From Paraspadella gotoi (taxonomy: Eukaryota > Animalia > Chaetognatha), in contig CM119268.1 in NCBI GenBank assembly GCA_051294375.1, forward strand, positions 16,518,083 through 16,582,082: a stretch of DNA of 64,000 nucleotides, read 5' to 3'. The notes below the pieces were generated by a model. It was given only the letters and a program-made list of their open reading frames with translations. It was not told the origin of the DNA and ran no database searches. Every line of letters begins with the position of its first letter. Within the stretch, counting starts at the first letter, position 1. Position numbers and translations under genes: made by a program. This document shows, one piece after another, positions 1 through 26,500 of the stretch.

Positions 1-631
1 TAACACAAGACAAGATCAAGAGTCTTTACTCACGAAGGTAAGAATCTAAGTCTACATACGTCTTCCAGAGATTGAGAGTCGCGCCCACTTCCGACTGTTT
101 GAACTAGAAAGCGGTTGCCACTCTAGACATAAAAAGCGCTTCAGGAGGACCTCGCCTGTCTTTTTTTTGAAGCTCTTTGATGACGGTCTCTCTTTCTTTA
201 GTCAAGAGTAGCTCGTTTTCAATAATTATTGCGAGCATCCCTCATTCTTTAACTTTTTTAGGCTGTTCCTGTACAATACGGGTTTTACTCAACACCTACT
301 GATCATGGCTGTGAAATTTAATGTAAGTAAAAAACTTGTGAGGAATTTCCAACATTTTTAATTTTAATTGAAACAAATTCAAAGAAGCCCCCTTGCTGCG
401 GCTCCTGAAAACTCAAACACACACAAAAATCGTATCTTTTGCTACTTTCATCGTCTTTTTATTCGTCACTCCTTTTGTCGTTGCTCTCACCGTCGCAACT
501 GCTTTCCTCCATCGTTCAAATTATCGTCGTCATTTCTGTCGATCCCGATCCGACGGAAGCTTAATTCTTCTTCTCCCTGAGTCACTCAGCATGCAGAATT
601 TATTGTTACAAAAGTAGCGTCGGGAAAAATG

Positions 632-733
632 GCCCTAATCTCTTACCCTAATCCCAACCCTAATCCCTAGCCCCTAACCCCAACCCCTAATATCTATCCT
701 CTAAATTAACCTTATCCCTAACAGAAACCCTAA
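632..733 (+). repeat. Degenerate interstitial (CCCTAA)n-like tract
   Basis: Repeated CCCTAA/CCCTAG/CCCAAC variants; short and impure. Confidence 0.6.
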
Positions 734-1839
734 ACAATTAATTCATCGTTCAAATTATCGTTCAAATTATCGTCGTCGTATTTGTTGATCCAGCCAGAAA
801 GAGCGAAAGAGATTCGCTGCTCCGTCATACGGCAAGGGGGCATCGATGTTTGAAAAGGCCCAACTTTAACTTAAGTTTAAGCTTAACCATAAAATTATAA
901 AATATCATTTTAAATGCTTACCGACTGTCACGAATCATTGGTAACTTATCCTCTTAGTTTTAGGTAAGCACGTCTCTTTTATATCTTTGGATAAGGTACA
1001 ATCATAAGGACTAACCAATCAGAGAGCGACGTTTAAAATACTTGATCAATCAGATACTTCGTAAGCAACAAAAAATACGAATTCAATAATAAAAAGGGCA
1101 TCAAACAACAGAGACTATCTCGTAACAAATAAAAATTTAACAATAGGGATCCTCTATCCTGCAAACTTTTATGTTGAACATTTAACAAAGAACAACCGTG
1201 ACCCATAAATATTACGTATTATCAATATTTGATCCACTAACAGACTTTATACGACCTCTTCATGGTTTACTCCCTCGACATATTGAACTACGAATCGTCA
1301 ATCAAGGTAAAAACTTCAATTATTTATGACGATATCGTTTAATACCATTGGTAAAAACATTATTTTAAGACGTACATGGAAGCTATGGAATGCCGCATCA
1401 TATTTGCTCAGCTTTTGGATGTGAAAGTCATAATCTCATTTAGGGAAGATTCACTGTTCTACGATTTTTTCTAATTCACTGATTGAAATTCTTATCAAAT
1501 AAACAAGTGAGTTTTATAATTTTAATTTTTCTCTCGATTGATTCAAATCGCATCAATTTTTTTTATTCAGATGCCATCCGACCTTCACGAGTCTCCATCT
1601 TCTCTTTATCAGTTTGAGATTATGTCGATGAGGAGTCAGAATCTCGCTAAAAACTGCGGGGTTTTCCTTTCATTCACAATGGCGGTATTAGTGGCTCCAT
1701 CCATAGGTCGATTTTCGGCCCTAGTGCTTCTTCTTCACAAGGATTTTCTTCAATATATATTTTTACTTTGGAACCAACATCATGCGTTTTCATATTTACG
1801 AGAGTTTCTCGTGGTTGGCAAAAAAAGGTGAATCAAATT

Positions 1840-2990
1840 TTTAGCAGATCCCGACTCTATAATCCACTTGGTCGGTCCGTCTGTCCGACCCCTCAATCTT
1901 TTCGGTCATTCATTTAAATAAAGTCAGAACATCGAATTATGCCCCCCAAAAAAATGATGTCCGTCCGTTCGTCCGTCCGTCTGTATGTCCGTCCGTTCCA
2001 CCTTAGCAAAAAACTCCAATTACTGGTGATTGGATTGATGAATTTGAATGAAATTTTGTGTGTGGTTAGGAAAGTTTGGTTGAGCTCGATATAAAGTTTC
2101 GATGGAATCTCGCAAGTAGAAATGAGTTTAAATGGAAAAAACATACGTCACATTTACTTGAATCTTTTTACTAATTTTAAGCCATAATTACTCAAATTAT
2201 TTGTAATTGCATAGATAGATTGAGATAAAATTTTGTACGTTGGTAGGAAAATGTGTGATTGAGCAGGATATAAAGCTTAGAAGGAATGAAGGAGTGGAAA
2301 TGAGTTTGCGTGGAAAAAACCAAAGTCAAATTGACTTGAATTTGTATTATTTATTCTTATTCATAAATGTTTTAATTAATTAATTAAATAATTAAAGTAA
2401 AAAATGGAGCAATTTAAAAAAATGATGCGAGCTAAAAAAAATGAAGCAAGTTGAATTAATGATGCGAATTTAAAAAATTATGCAGGTTAAAAATATGATG
2501 TAGTTTAAAAAATTATGTAAGTGGAAAAAATGATGCAAGTTTAAAAAATGATGCAAGTTTAAAAAATGATGCAAGTTAAAAAATTATACAAGTTAAAAAA
2601 ATAATAATAGTTAAAAAAACATTTTTGTACCATAGTAACAGTTCATTTTTGGGCATGATAAAATGAGAATTTCGATCGCGCTCTACCTCCGTTGGCTTCC
2701 CAAGACGCCAAGCTTTCGAAATCTGCCCATATTGATATAATTTGTATGGGCCTTGACTATGCAGTTTTGAATAGAAGTGAAATATAAAAGAATCTTGATC
2801 AGAACTTCGATTCGAACGATGCGCAGCCCTAGTTTAATCCCTTGCAAGCGATTTACATGTATTGGCGCAGCCACTGTTTTGGTATGTCAGATCACAATTT
2901 AAAACAATTATCATGATTTATCATCTGATTAGCTGATTACCGCTTAATTATCGTAGGAAGATCCGACATTGTTGGCTCAAACTTGTTTTA
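1840..2990 (+). mobile_element. Non-autonomous interspersed element, Helentron/HINE (DINE-1-like) architecture, copy 1
   Basis: Starts in a T-run with AGCAGATCCCGACTCTAT, carries a (GTCC/GTCT)n microsatellite, two ~150-bp internal repeats and a minisatellite, and ends GTAGGAAGATCCGACATTG..AAACTTGTTTT. Collinear with copy 2. The family assignment is inference from architecture. Confidence 0.5.
2414..2600 (+). repeat. Minisatellite, ~18-19-bp unit AAAAAATGATGCAAGTTT
   Basis: About ten contiguous degenerate units. Confidence 0.8.
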
Positions 2991-3186
2991 CAAGTACTGG
3001 CAGTTTTTTAGTCGGATCTGCTTGTCAGCAGATTCCGACTCTATAATGCAATTTGTCGGTCTGTCGGTCCCAACCCAAAATCGTGTCGGTAAATAATTTT
3101 TATCAAATCAGAACATCAAATTGTGATAAAATTATGATTAGAGAATTGACAAAGTTTTTTGTTTGCAACAAATTTTATTTCAATTG

Positions 3187-3229
3187 AACAGAAATGTTTC
3201 GACTTGCTTTACAAGTCTTCATCAGCGTT
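3187..3229 (-). ncRNA. Minimal type I hammerhead ribozyme motif (Penelope-like element terminus)
   Basis: Minus strand AACG-CUGAUGA-A-GACUUG(UAAAG)CAAGUC-GAAA-CAU-UUC-UGUU: intact core, 6-bp stem II, 4-bp stem I, followed by AATAAA. Confidence 0.7.
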
Positions 3230-3756
3230 TTGACAGTAGAAGGGAGGAGAGAGAGAGAGAGAGAGATACAACAGGGATAAATAAATAATAAATGATACAT
3301 TGTGTAATGTACAACTACAGGTAATTAATTTTTATCAAATCAGAACATCAAATTATGATAGAATTATGCAAAAAAAATAATTTCCTTCCGTCTGTCCGTC
3401 CCCCCTTAGCATTAAACTCCAATTATTCGTGATTGGATGGATGGATTGCAATGAAATTTTGTGTGGGTAGGAAAGTGTGGGATTGAGCTCGATTTAAAGT
3501 TTCGATAGAATCGTGCAAGTGGAAATGCGTTTAAATGGAAAAAGCAAAAGTCATATTTAACTAAAGTATTTTTACTTATATTTACTCATAATTATTATAT
3601 TTATTAAAAATTGGATAGATAAATTGATATGAAATTGTGTGTGTGGGTAGGAAAGTATGTGATTAAGCTGGATAAACAGTTTAAATTAGAAAACCGAAAG
3701 ACGCATTTATTTGAATTTTTAAGTGTTTCTTTCTTTATCTCTCTCTGATTGATTGA

Positions 3757-4460
3757 TTGACCAAATTATGCCAGGTGACCAAATTATGCCAGTTGACCAA
3801 ATTATTCAAGTGACCAAATTCTGCTAGTTGACCAAATTATACCTATGGATAAAATTATGCCAGTTGACCATATTATCCATGTTGACCAAGATTTATGTGG
3901 TTGACCAAATTATTGCCAATTGGACAAAATTATGCCAGTGACCAAATAATGCCAGTTAACCAAATAATGCCAGCATTTGAGCAAATTAAGTCAGTTGACC
4001 AAAATTATGTCTGAGTTGACCAAAATTATCCAGTTGACAAATTAAGCAGTTGACCAAATTATGCCAGTTGGACAAATGTTTGCCATTTGACCAAATTATT
4101 GCCTAGTGATCAAATTATGCCAGTTGACCACACTTTTGCAAGTATGAACAAATTATGCAAGTGTAAAAATTATATCAAGTTGACCAAATTATCCAGTGAC
4201 CACAAATATGCATTTGACCAAATTATGCACAGTAGACCATATTATCGCAGTTAACCAAATTATAGCTGATGACAAAATTATGACCAGCTCACCAAAATTA
4301 TATCAGTTGACCAAATTATGCCAGTTGACCAAATTATGCAAGTGATTAAATTATTGCAAGATGATCAAATAGAGCAAGTTGACCAAAATTCATTGCAAAT
4401 TACCCAATTATGCAAGTTGACCAAATTATACAAATTGACCAAATTTATGCGCAAGTTGGT
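3757..4460 (+). repeat. Minisatellite, ~18-bp unit GACCAAATTATGCCAGTT
   Basis: Dozens of contiguous degenerate units with no spacers. Confidence 0.9.
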
Positions 4461-6194
4461 AATTGGCGCAGCTACTGGTAAATGTATTGATTAGATAACT
4501 CTCTGATTTATAGATTTTTTCATAATGTATTAAGAATTCTGTTATGATTTGTTATGAATCTGTTAAGATCCATGATTAGATTATTACCCGCTTATTTATC
4601 GTAGGGAAATCACACATTGGTTTGATCAAACTTATTTTTTTCAATATTGCGAATAACTTTCCATCTTTATCCCCCCATTTCGTATATAAAATACCTTCGA
4701 CTGGCAAACTAGGACTCCACAACCCCAGCCATTTGCCTATTACCCTCTAGCGATCCAGTATTCATGCCTCTCAACAAAAACTTGAAAGGCCGGCTTGGAA
4801 CAAAATAGTCACGCTTTCTTGACGATCTTTCTTCGCAGCTGCCTCAAAGCGATTGGTCGAGAAAGATGCTCAAATCGTCACTCTAACTTTTTCCAATAAA
4901 CTTTTCAAGGAGCTAACGAGTTTTTTTTCTTCCGATCGTACCCCAAAAAAGATGCCTTCCATACTTCAGACACGCGACAAAGTTGCTTGGGGTCCTCGTT
5001 TCAAAAAACGTTTACGCTTACCTTCAGTCTGTGAATTGACTCGTTCCAGCTCCCAAAAAGACGCTCCGAACCGCGACCAAACTATTTGGTGCCGGCGACG
5101 AATCTCGCGACTGTCAGACGGTCAGAATCTCGGACCGTTTCGGAATCTCAAAAAAAAGCCTCCACTTATATCTATGGCGAAGGCATTCCGATTCAAAATT
5201 TCATCATCACCAACTATCTACGGCATGTTCTCCAACCCTTTTTGCTTTCGCAAGCGCTAGTCAAAGGCCAAAATCTGATGTACGCCACATGCATTGTCAT
5301 TAATGTGATCAAAGGACAGATTCTTTTCATATTTCGGGCTTCTGTTTTGAGAATAGGTACTTTTTCCGATCTCTGGTGCCAACTTATACAAACTAGTATA
5401 TTGAGTCATTTTTTTGGAGGGGAGAATAATTATTAGCATTATTATTTGTATTTATGTATGTAATGATGATGACGTCGTAAAACAAGTCGCGCTTCGTTCG
5501 ATCCCGTATCGACGAAAACCTGCGATTTTTAGGTTTTTTTCTCGTTTTGTCAAAATTAAAGTAAAATGACCATGGCCAGTCATCTTCCGGACAAGTTTAC
5601 CCATCAAGGTATTGAAAAAATTTAAAAAGAATTGAAATCCCACATAATAATAAGGGTTAAAATCTTCTCTGGTCCGTTTAATGGTCAAAATGCTTATAAT
5701 ATTAATGTTAAACACAAAATAGAAAATATGACGCGAAAGAATGTGAGAAGCTTAATTGGACAAATTCGGCTTCTCCCACATAATCAATATCATGTTGTGG
5801 CGCGTACATTCACAATGAATATTGAAATTTTTTTTTCATTAGAATAAATAAAATTTAAGATCCGTAACGATAAGAAAATTTCGAAATAATGATTTTTACC
5901 AAATTTAAGAAACGTACAAACGTTTTATTCGAATGCGATACTCTCTTCTTGTTGATTTTCAGTGCATCTCTCCAGATCTCACGATTACTCTAATTTTAAA
6001 ATTTCTCATTCAAAAAAAAATCTGCCCCTCCCCACCTCCTTGTACAAACTATTTAGCTCCAAATTCTTCGGTTTTTTCTGTTTTAGTTCTCTTTCTCTTC
6101 TGCTTTGTTGTTGAGTAGAAAGTAATTAGGTCTTAAAATGTTAGCGAAATTTGTTTTTGTTGCAACAACGATTTTATTTGTATTAAAAGAAAAA

Positions 6195-6234
6195 ACAGAC
6201 ATGTTTCGACTCGTTATGGAGTCTTCATCAGCGC
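6195..6234 (-). ncRNA. Minimal type I hammerhead ribozyme motif (Penelope-like element terminus)
   Basis: Minus strand GCG-CUGAUGA-A-GACUC(CAUAAC)GAGUC-GAAA-CAU-GUC-UGU: intact core, palindromic ACAUGU in place of stem III, GUC cleavage triplet, downstream AATAAA. Confidence 0.72.
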
Positions 6235-6469
6235 AATTGACATTTTTTGAAAATTTGAGACAAAAAAGAACCATTAAGCTTAATATTTATCTATGTTGTA
6301 CATTGTACATTTTAAATAGGGAAACTGGCAACGCGAACAATAAAAAATGTTTATCATTATCAATATCAAATCAAAAGAGCACCTCTTTGATTTCAAACGT
6401 CGTCGTCATGATGGCAGCAGTGATTGATAAGTAAAAAGAAGAGCAACGGTGTATTCAATTTCGTTATAA

Positions 6470-6715
6470 GATTGGTACAACTAATATAAACTATTTATGA
6501 AATTGGTACAACCAATATAAAAATTATCCATTCATTTAATAAATAGGCTATCTTGCCCCTGACTTTGGACAGGCTTTGGTGGTTTAAGGCCTCCATCACT
6601 CTTACAAGATAATGACATAACAGGTCCCTGCAAGCTTTCAATCAAGACTCTTTCACAGTCTCGTTTATTCACTCCCAGAGTACCTGGCTTCCCTATCAAT
6701 GAAGTGGTATAATAT
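6470..6715 (+). repeat. Dispersed ~285-bp repeat family, copy 1
   Basis: Shares CAGGTCCCTGCAAGCTTTCAATCAAG..CTTCCCTATCAATGA with 12912-13230 (reverse) and 58806-58980. Confidence 0.8.
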
Positions 6716-7186
6716 AAAATAGAAAATAGTGAAAAAAGTAATTTAGCAAATTTTCATAACAATGATCCTGTCATTTAATAAATATCTTTCCCCTGATTAA
6801 GACGGGCTATAATAATAACAAGTGGCCACTCTACTTGCATTCCAAATCGTAACTTCTGGATTCTTATACAGACAAAATAAAATTTCCTCATCTAAAACCC
6901 TTTCAAAGGCTATTATCATATTGCTGCAGCTGCTATATTTTCGTAGAATGATGGAAGAGAGATATTTTCGAGGCATTTTCGAACTCACTGTACCAAGTTT
7001 AAATATGTTGCCCGACTTTATTCGGATCCGCCTGTTGTTACTAGTATTATATACATAAGAAATGTCCGTCTTCCTGTGATTGGTGATGGGTCCACTTACT
7101 ATTACAGTTTTCAATGATTTAAATAAAACAATTTTGCTTCATGTAATATTATCCAAGTTATTTTAAAAATTATACAATTCCGTTAG

Positions 7187-21579
<14,393 letters not shown>

Positions 21580-22357
21580 CGTGGGGGGCGGGGGTAGGAA
21601 AAGGGGGATAGTGGGAAGTGGGAGTGGAGGCGGTGCGTAGGGGTGTTATCGCGGGGGTTCGATTAACTCTGGATGAAATCGCTAACTGAAGTTAAAAGGG
21701 AAACGTCGATACGTTAGCGACAGTTTCGTTGAAATCTTCGAATTTGACGAAGAAGGAAGGATCGAGCAGCGACAACGAAATGTTATATGTTTTGACTTTT
21801 CACTTTTCACAATCCGGAGATTCGGGTGAATCACGCGAAAAATGAAACAACGAAAAAGGATGGAAAAGATGACGACGAAGGAGACGAAGAGACGAAAAGT
21901 CTTTAAACGTCAAGTGTCTACTGAACAGTTCGTCTGATGAACGATGAACGATCCCTCAACGAGTGATCGCTAAAATCCGAAAACATTGATAATATTTAAA
22001 GAAAAGGAAATTATTCGCGGAATTTATTTAATTTACCGTTGTATTACAACTTGTAACGCGTTTGTCAGGTGCGTCGTAATTTGAGAAAAAAATTAATTAA
22101 AACTATAGTGATCATTTAATTCTGTCTACAAATATCAATTTTTTTTTATCTAAAACGTATAAAAATTTAATATTTAACGTAAATTAGTCATTGAAAAAAG
22201 GTTGTCGCACGTAGCCTCTACTCTCCGTGTTTACCTGTTGTCAAGGTAGATTCTTTACGTCCGGGTCAATATTTGTCAAAAGATCTTTTGTTTTGATTGT
22301 GTTCAAATCCGATTCGAGCGGCCATCTAGCCGGGGTTGCAACAAAAGCGAGATTGTT

Positions 22358-22409
<52 letters not shown>

Positions 22410-23568
22410 AATTTTTTTTATTTTAATGTTTGGATTTTATTACATACATCATAATATTTTTTAAATTCGACTTATGGCTATTAATGAAAAAGTTCAAACA
22501 TTTTTTATGTTTTATGCAGAAGAAGACGACTTATCAAATTTTAAATATGTATTAAATAAGTAAATAAAGAAAATAAATTGAAAAAAAATTAAAGTTNNNN
22601 NNNNNNNNNNNNNNNNNNNNNNNNNNNNNNNNNNNNNNNNNNNNNNNNNNNNNNNNNNNNNNNNNNNNNNNNNNNNNNNNNNNNNNNNNNNNNNNNNNNN
22701 NNNNNNNNNNNNNNNNNNNNNNNNNNNNNNNNNNNNNNNNNNNNNNNNNNNNNNNNNNNNNNNNNNNNNNNNNNNNNNNNNNNNNNNNNNNNNNNNNNNN
22801 NNNNNNNNNNNNNNNNNNNNNNNNNNNNNNNNNNNNNNNNNNNNNNNNNNNNNNNNNNNNNNNNNNNNNNNNNNNNNNNNNNNNNNNNNNNNNNNNNNNN
22901 NNNNNNNNNNNNNNNNNNNNNNNNNNNNNNNNNNNNNNNNNNNNNNNNNNNNNNNNNNNNNNNNNNNNNNNNNNNNNNNNNNNNNNNNNNNNNNNNNNNN
23001 NNNNNNNNNNNNNNNNNNNNNNNNNNNNNNNNNNNNNNNNNNNNNNNNNNNNNNNNNNNNNNNNNNNNNNNNNNNNNNNNNNNNNNNNNNNNNNNNNNNN
23101 NNNNNNNNNNNNNNNNNNNNNNNNNNNNNNNNNNNNNNNNNNNNNNNNNNNNNNNNNNNNNNNNNNNNNNNNNNNNNNNNNNNNNNNNNNNNNNNNNNNN
23201 NNNNNNNNNNNNNNNNNNNNNNNNNNNNNNNNNNNNNNNNNNNNNNNNNNNNNNNNNNNNNNNNNNNTAAAGTTCATTACTTCTAAAAAATTGTTCACTA
23301 TCTAATTGGGTCAATACAGGAGCTACTTTGTTTGTACAAAATTGTTTAAAGAAACAAGAAAAAACAGTTTTTAAGTACAAATGATCATTACATCATAGTA
23401 AATTACAATGTTTACATTACAACTTTTTAAATCTTATTATATCAAGAGCAATAAAGACTCTCGAACTGCCGACTGAGAAAGAGCACCAACTTACTTACTA
23501 TTTTGTTTAGTTACACCCGACTCAATCTAAATTTTTATAGACTGATTCTATTGTATCTGTTATGGTTC

Positions 23569-26500
23569 TCAAGACCAATAACGCCAAAGTTTAATGTCAC
23601 TCAGCATAATCATAATGACACCAGGAGATCTATATTTTTCTTTGGTAAAGTAAAAACCATAGCATCTGTAGTCTTTCTCGGGCGAACAGGGATGGATTTT
23701 AAAACCTGAAGAAGTAAATGATCAATTCATAATTTTATCTTAGCATTTACTTTCTTTTCTGTTCTGATGAAAGATCAAACCCTAACTTTTATTTCCGGAA
23801 TTTTTTAAAGGTTGCGTAAAACTATACTTATAATAATTAATATAAGGAATATGATGTATCACCTTGTATAAGTCATGAGAACCACCAATTGTACCCCTAT
23901 GAAGAACATCCCAGTAGGAATTATCGCCACAATTGACGTCGTTGCTCGCGACGAATTGGTAATTAAACTTGTAATGGGATTCGTAGCGTAACGAAACCGC
24001 AAAACTTTCTGCGGCTGTAAATATAATCGAAAGAGAAAAACAGCAATGGTTGTAAATGACCGCTAGAATTTGGATGACTCAAGTTCTCACTTACTACCTT
24101 ATTGCTATGAAATATTTAAATTTTAAGGTACACTGCTCTACTTCGTCCTCATGGCAGAATTTTTTAAAAATTGATTCGGCTTTAGTAGAATTAGCCAAAA
24201 AGTATGATTATGGTATCAAACAGCGCCTTAAACATGCCGCCTTACCGAATAAACATGCCGCTACCCACCTTCGGAAGCTTAATCCAAATTCGCTGTGGAA
24301 CGAAGCTGTCTTCATCGAAATAAGCCGTTCTCCATTCGGCGTCTCTTTCGCCAAGAAACGCTTTGCTTGGTCCCAACGTTGGAATAAAACTGGTCGTGGC
24401 TCCGTAGCTCGCCCCATCGTAAGACAATCGTTTCATGCGAGCCTCTGCCGCCGTAACGTATTGGTTAAATTTATTCATTATTAAAAATAATAATTAGTTC
24501 AAATAAAGACTTAATTGCCCGCCTGTTTCCATGATTNNNNNNNNNNATAGACTGATTCTATTGTATCTGTTATGGTTCTCAAGACCAATAACGCCAAAGT
24601 TTAATGTCACTCAGCATAATCATAATGACACCAGGAGATCTATATTTTTCTTTGGTAAAGTAAAAACCATAGCATCTGTAGTCTTTTCTCGGGCGAACAG
24701 GGATGGATTTTAAAACCTGAAGAAGTAAATGATCAATTCATAAATTTTATCTTAGCATTTACTTTCTTTTCTGTTCTGATGAAAGATCAAACCCTAACTT
24801 TTATTTCCGGAATTTTTTAAAGGTTGCGTAAAACTATACTTATAGATGATTTCTATTGTATCTGTTATGGTTCTCAAGACCAATAACGCCAAAGTTTAAT
24901 GTGTCACTCAGCATAATCATAATGACACCCAGGAGATCTATATTTTTCTTTGGTAAAGTAAAAACCAATAGCATCTGTAGTCTTTTTCTCGGGCGAACAG
25001 GAGAGGGATTTTAAAACCTGAAGAAGTAAATGATCAATTCATAATTTTATCTTAGCATTTACTTTCTTTTCTGTTCTGATGAAAGATCAAACCCTAACTT
25101 TTATTTCCGGAATTTTTTAAAGGTTGCGTAAAACTATACTTATAATAATTAATATAAGGAATATGATGTATCACCTTGTATAAGTCATGAGAACCACCCA
25201 ATTGTACCCCTATGAAGAACATCCCAGTAGGAATTATCGCCACAATTGACGTCGTTGCTCGCGACGAATTGGTAATTAAACTTGTAATGGGATTCGTAGC
25301 GTAACGAAAACCGCAAAACTTTCTGCGGCTGTAATATATATCGACAAGAGAAAAACAGCAATGGTTGTAAATGACCGCTAGAATTTGGATGACTCAAGTT
25401 CTCACTTACTACCTTATTGACATTGAAATATTTAAATTTTAAGGTACACTGCTCTACTTCGGTCCTCATGCAGAATTTTTTAAAATTGATTCGGCTTAAG
25501 TAGAATTAGCCCCATAAAAAGCAAAATATGATGTATGGTATCAAACAGCGCTTAAACATGCCGCTACCCACCTTCGGAAGCTTAATCCAAATTCGCTGTG
25601 GAACGAAGCTGTCTTCATCGAAATAAGCCGTTCTCCATTCGGCGTCTCTTTCGCCAAGAAACGCTTTGCTTGGTCCCAACGTTGGAATAAAACTGGTCGT
25701 GGCTCCGTAGCTCGCTCCCATCGTACAAGACAATCTTTCATGCGAGCTCTTGTGCCGCCGTAACGTATTGGTTAAATTTATATTCATTAAAAAAATAATA
25801 TATAGTTCAAATAAAGACTTAATTTCCCCGCTGTTTCCAATGATTCCCACGTCGTCCTTCAACCTCGAAACCTTGTGGTCCAAATTTTTCTGTTGTTTCT
25901 TCAGTTCATTCAGTTCGTCCCGAAGTTTTTTCATTTTTCATTTCCAAGTTTCTCTTCATTTCTTTGTCAGCTGCCGCTTTTTTTCAAAGCTTCATCGATC
26001 TTCGTCTTTAATTGATCGTTCTCGTTTTCCAAGGAAATCTTTGCCTCTGTAATTATAATTTGCCATTGTAACTTTAGTTTAAAGATAGAAACAACGCAAT
26101 CTTTTGAGTTTAAAGTTTATACTCGCATAGTGCATACCTGTTGTTTGTTTTAGTTGCTTCTCCGCCGTTTGTAAGTCCGTTTCTAAATCATTTAATAGAT
26201 TTTTGTAAATGTTCCGTTTTTTCGTAGAGTTTCTTGTTCCTTTTCGCGGATTTTTAATTCGTTTTCACTTTTGACATTTTTCCTTCGAGGATCTCATTAG
26301 CTATTCGTACGATCTTAAAAATAAAGACGATAATTTGAACATAATTAACTACCAAAATATTTGAATACCTTTTTAAAATTTTATAAACAAGATTAACTTG
26401 GAAAGAATCTAATTAATATTAAAATTCATGTTTCCACAAAAAGCCTCTAAAATATTTGTTGCATTATAATAACTAAAAAAATAAGTTACTTACTTCATTT

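Larger units (their letters stand above)
3026..4640 (+). mobile_element. Non-autonomous interspersed element, Helentron/HINE-like, copy 2 (contains a hammerhead-bearing insertion at about 3140-3325)
   Basis: Same 5' end (AGCAGATTCCGACTCTATAAT), internal blocks and 3' end (ATCGTAGGGAAATC..AAACTTATTTT) as 1840-2990. The insertion is flanked by a ~40-bp direct duplication. Confidence 0.5.

Noticed and set aside
150-290. Minus-strand peptide LAIIIENELL..VIKELQKKDRR resembling a hAT transposase C-terminus
   Set aside because: Too short, interrupted by a stop, and no TIRs are visible.
632-733. Telomere or chromosome end
   Set aside because: Short, degenerate and internal, with ordinary sequence on both sides.
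3757-4460. Regularly repeated 18-mer resembling a CRISPR array
   Set aside because: Units are contiguous with no unique spacers, there are no cas genes, and the context is eukaryotic; it is a minisatellite.
4853-5436. 135-aa and 116-aa ORFs, possibly a retroelement remnant
   Set aside because: No complete RT or other diagnostic motif and stops in the alternative frames; cannot be assigned.
21581-21625. G-run cluster upstream of the PCNX4 ATG (similar tract at 51715-51790) as a functional G-quadruplex
   Set aside because: G-runs are common in this low-complexity genome and nothing indicates function.
23764-23790. CTGATGA motif as another hammerhead (also at 21934)
   Set aside because: No stem II hairpin followed by GAAA.
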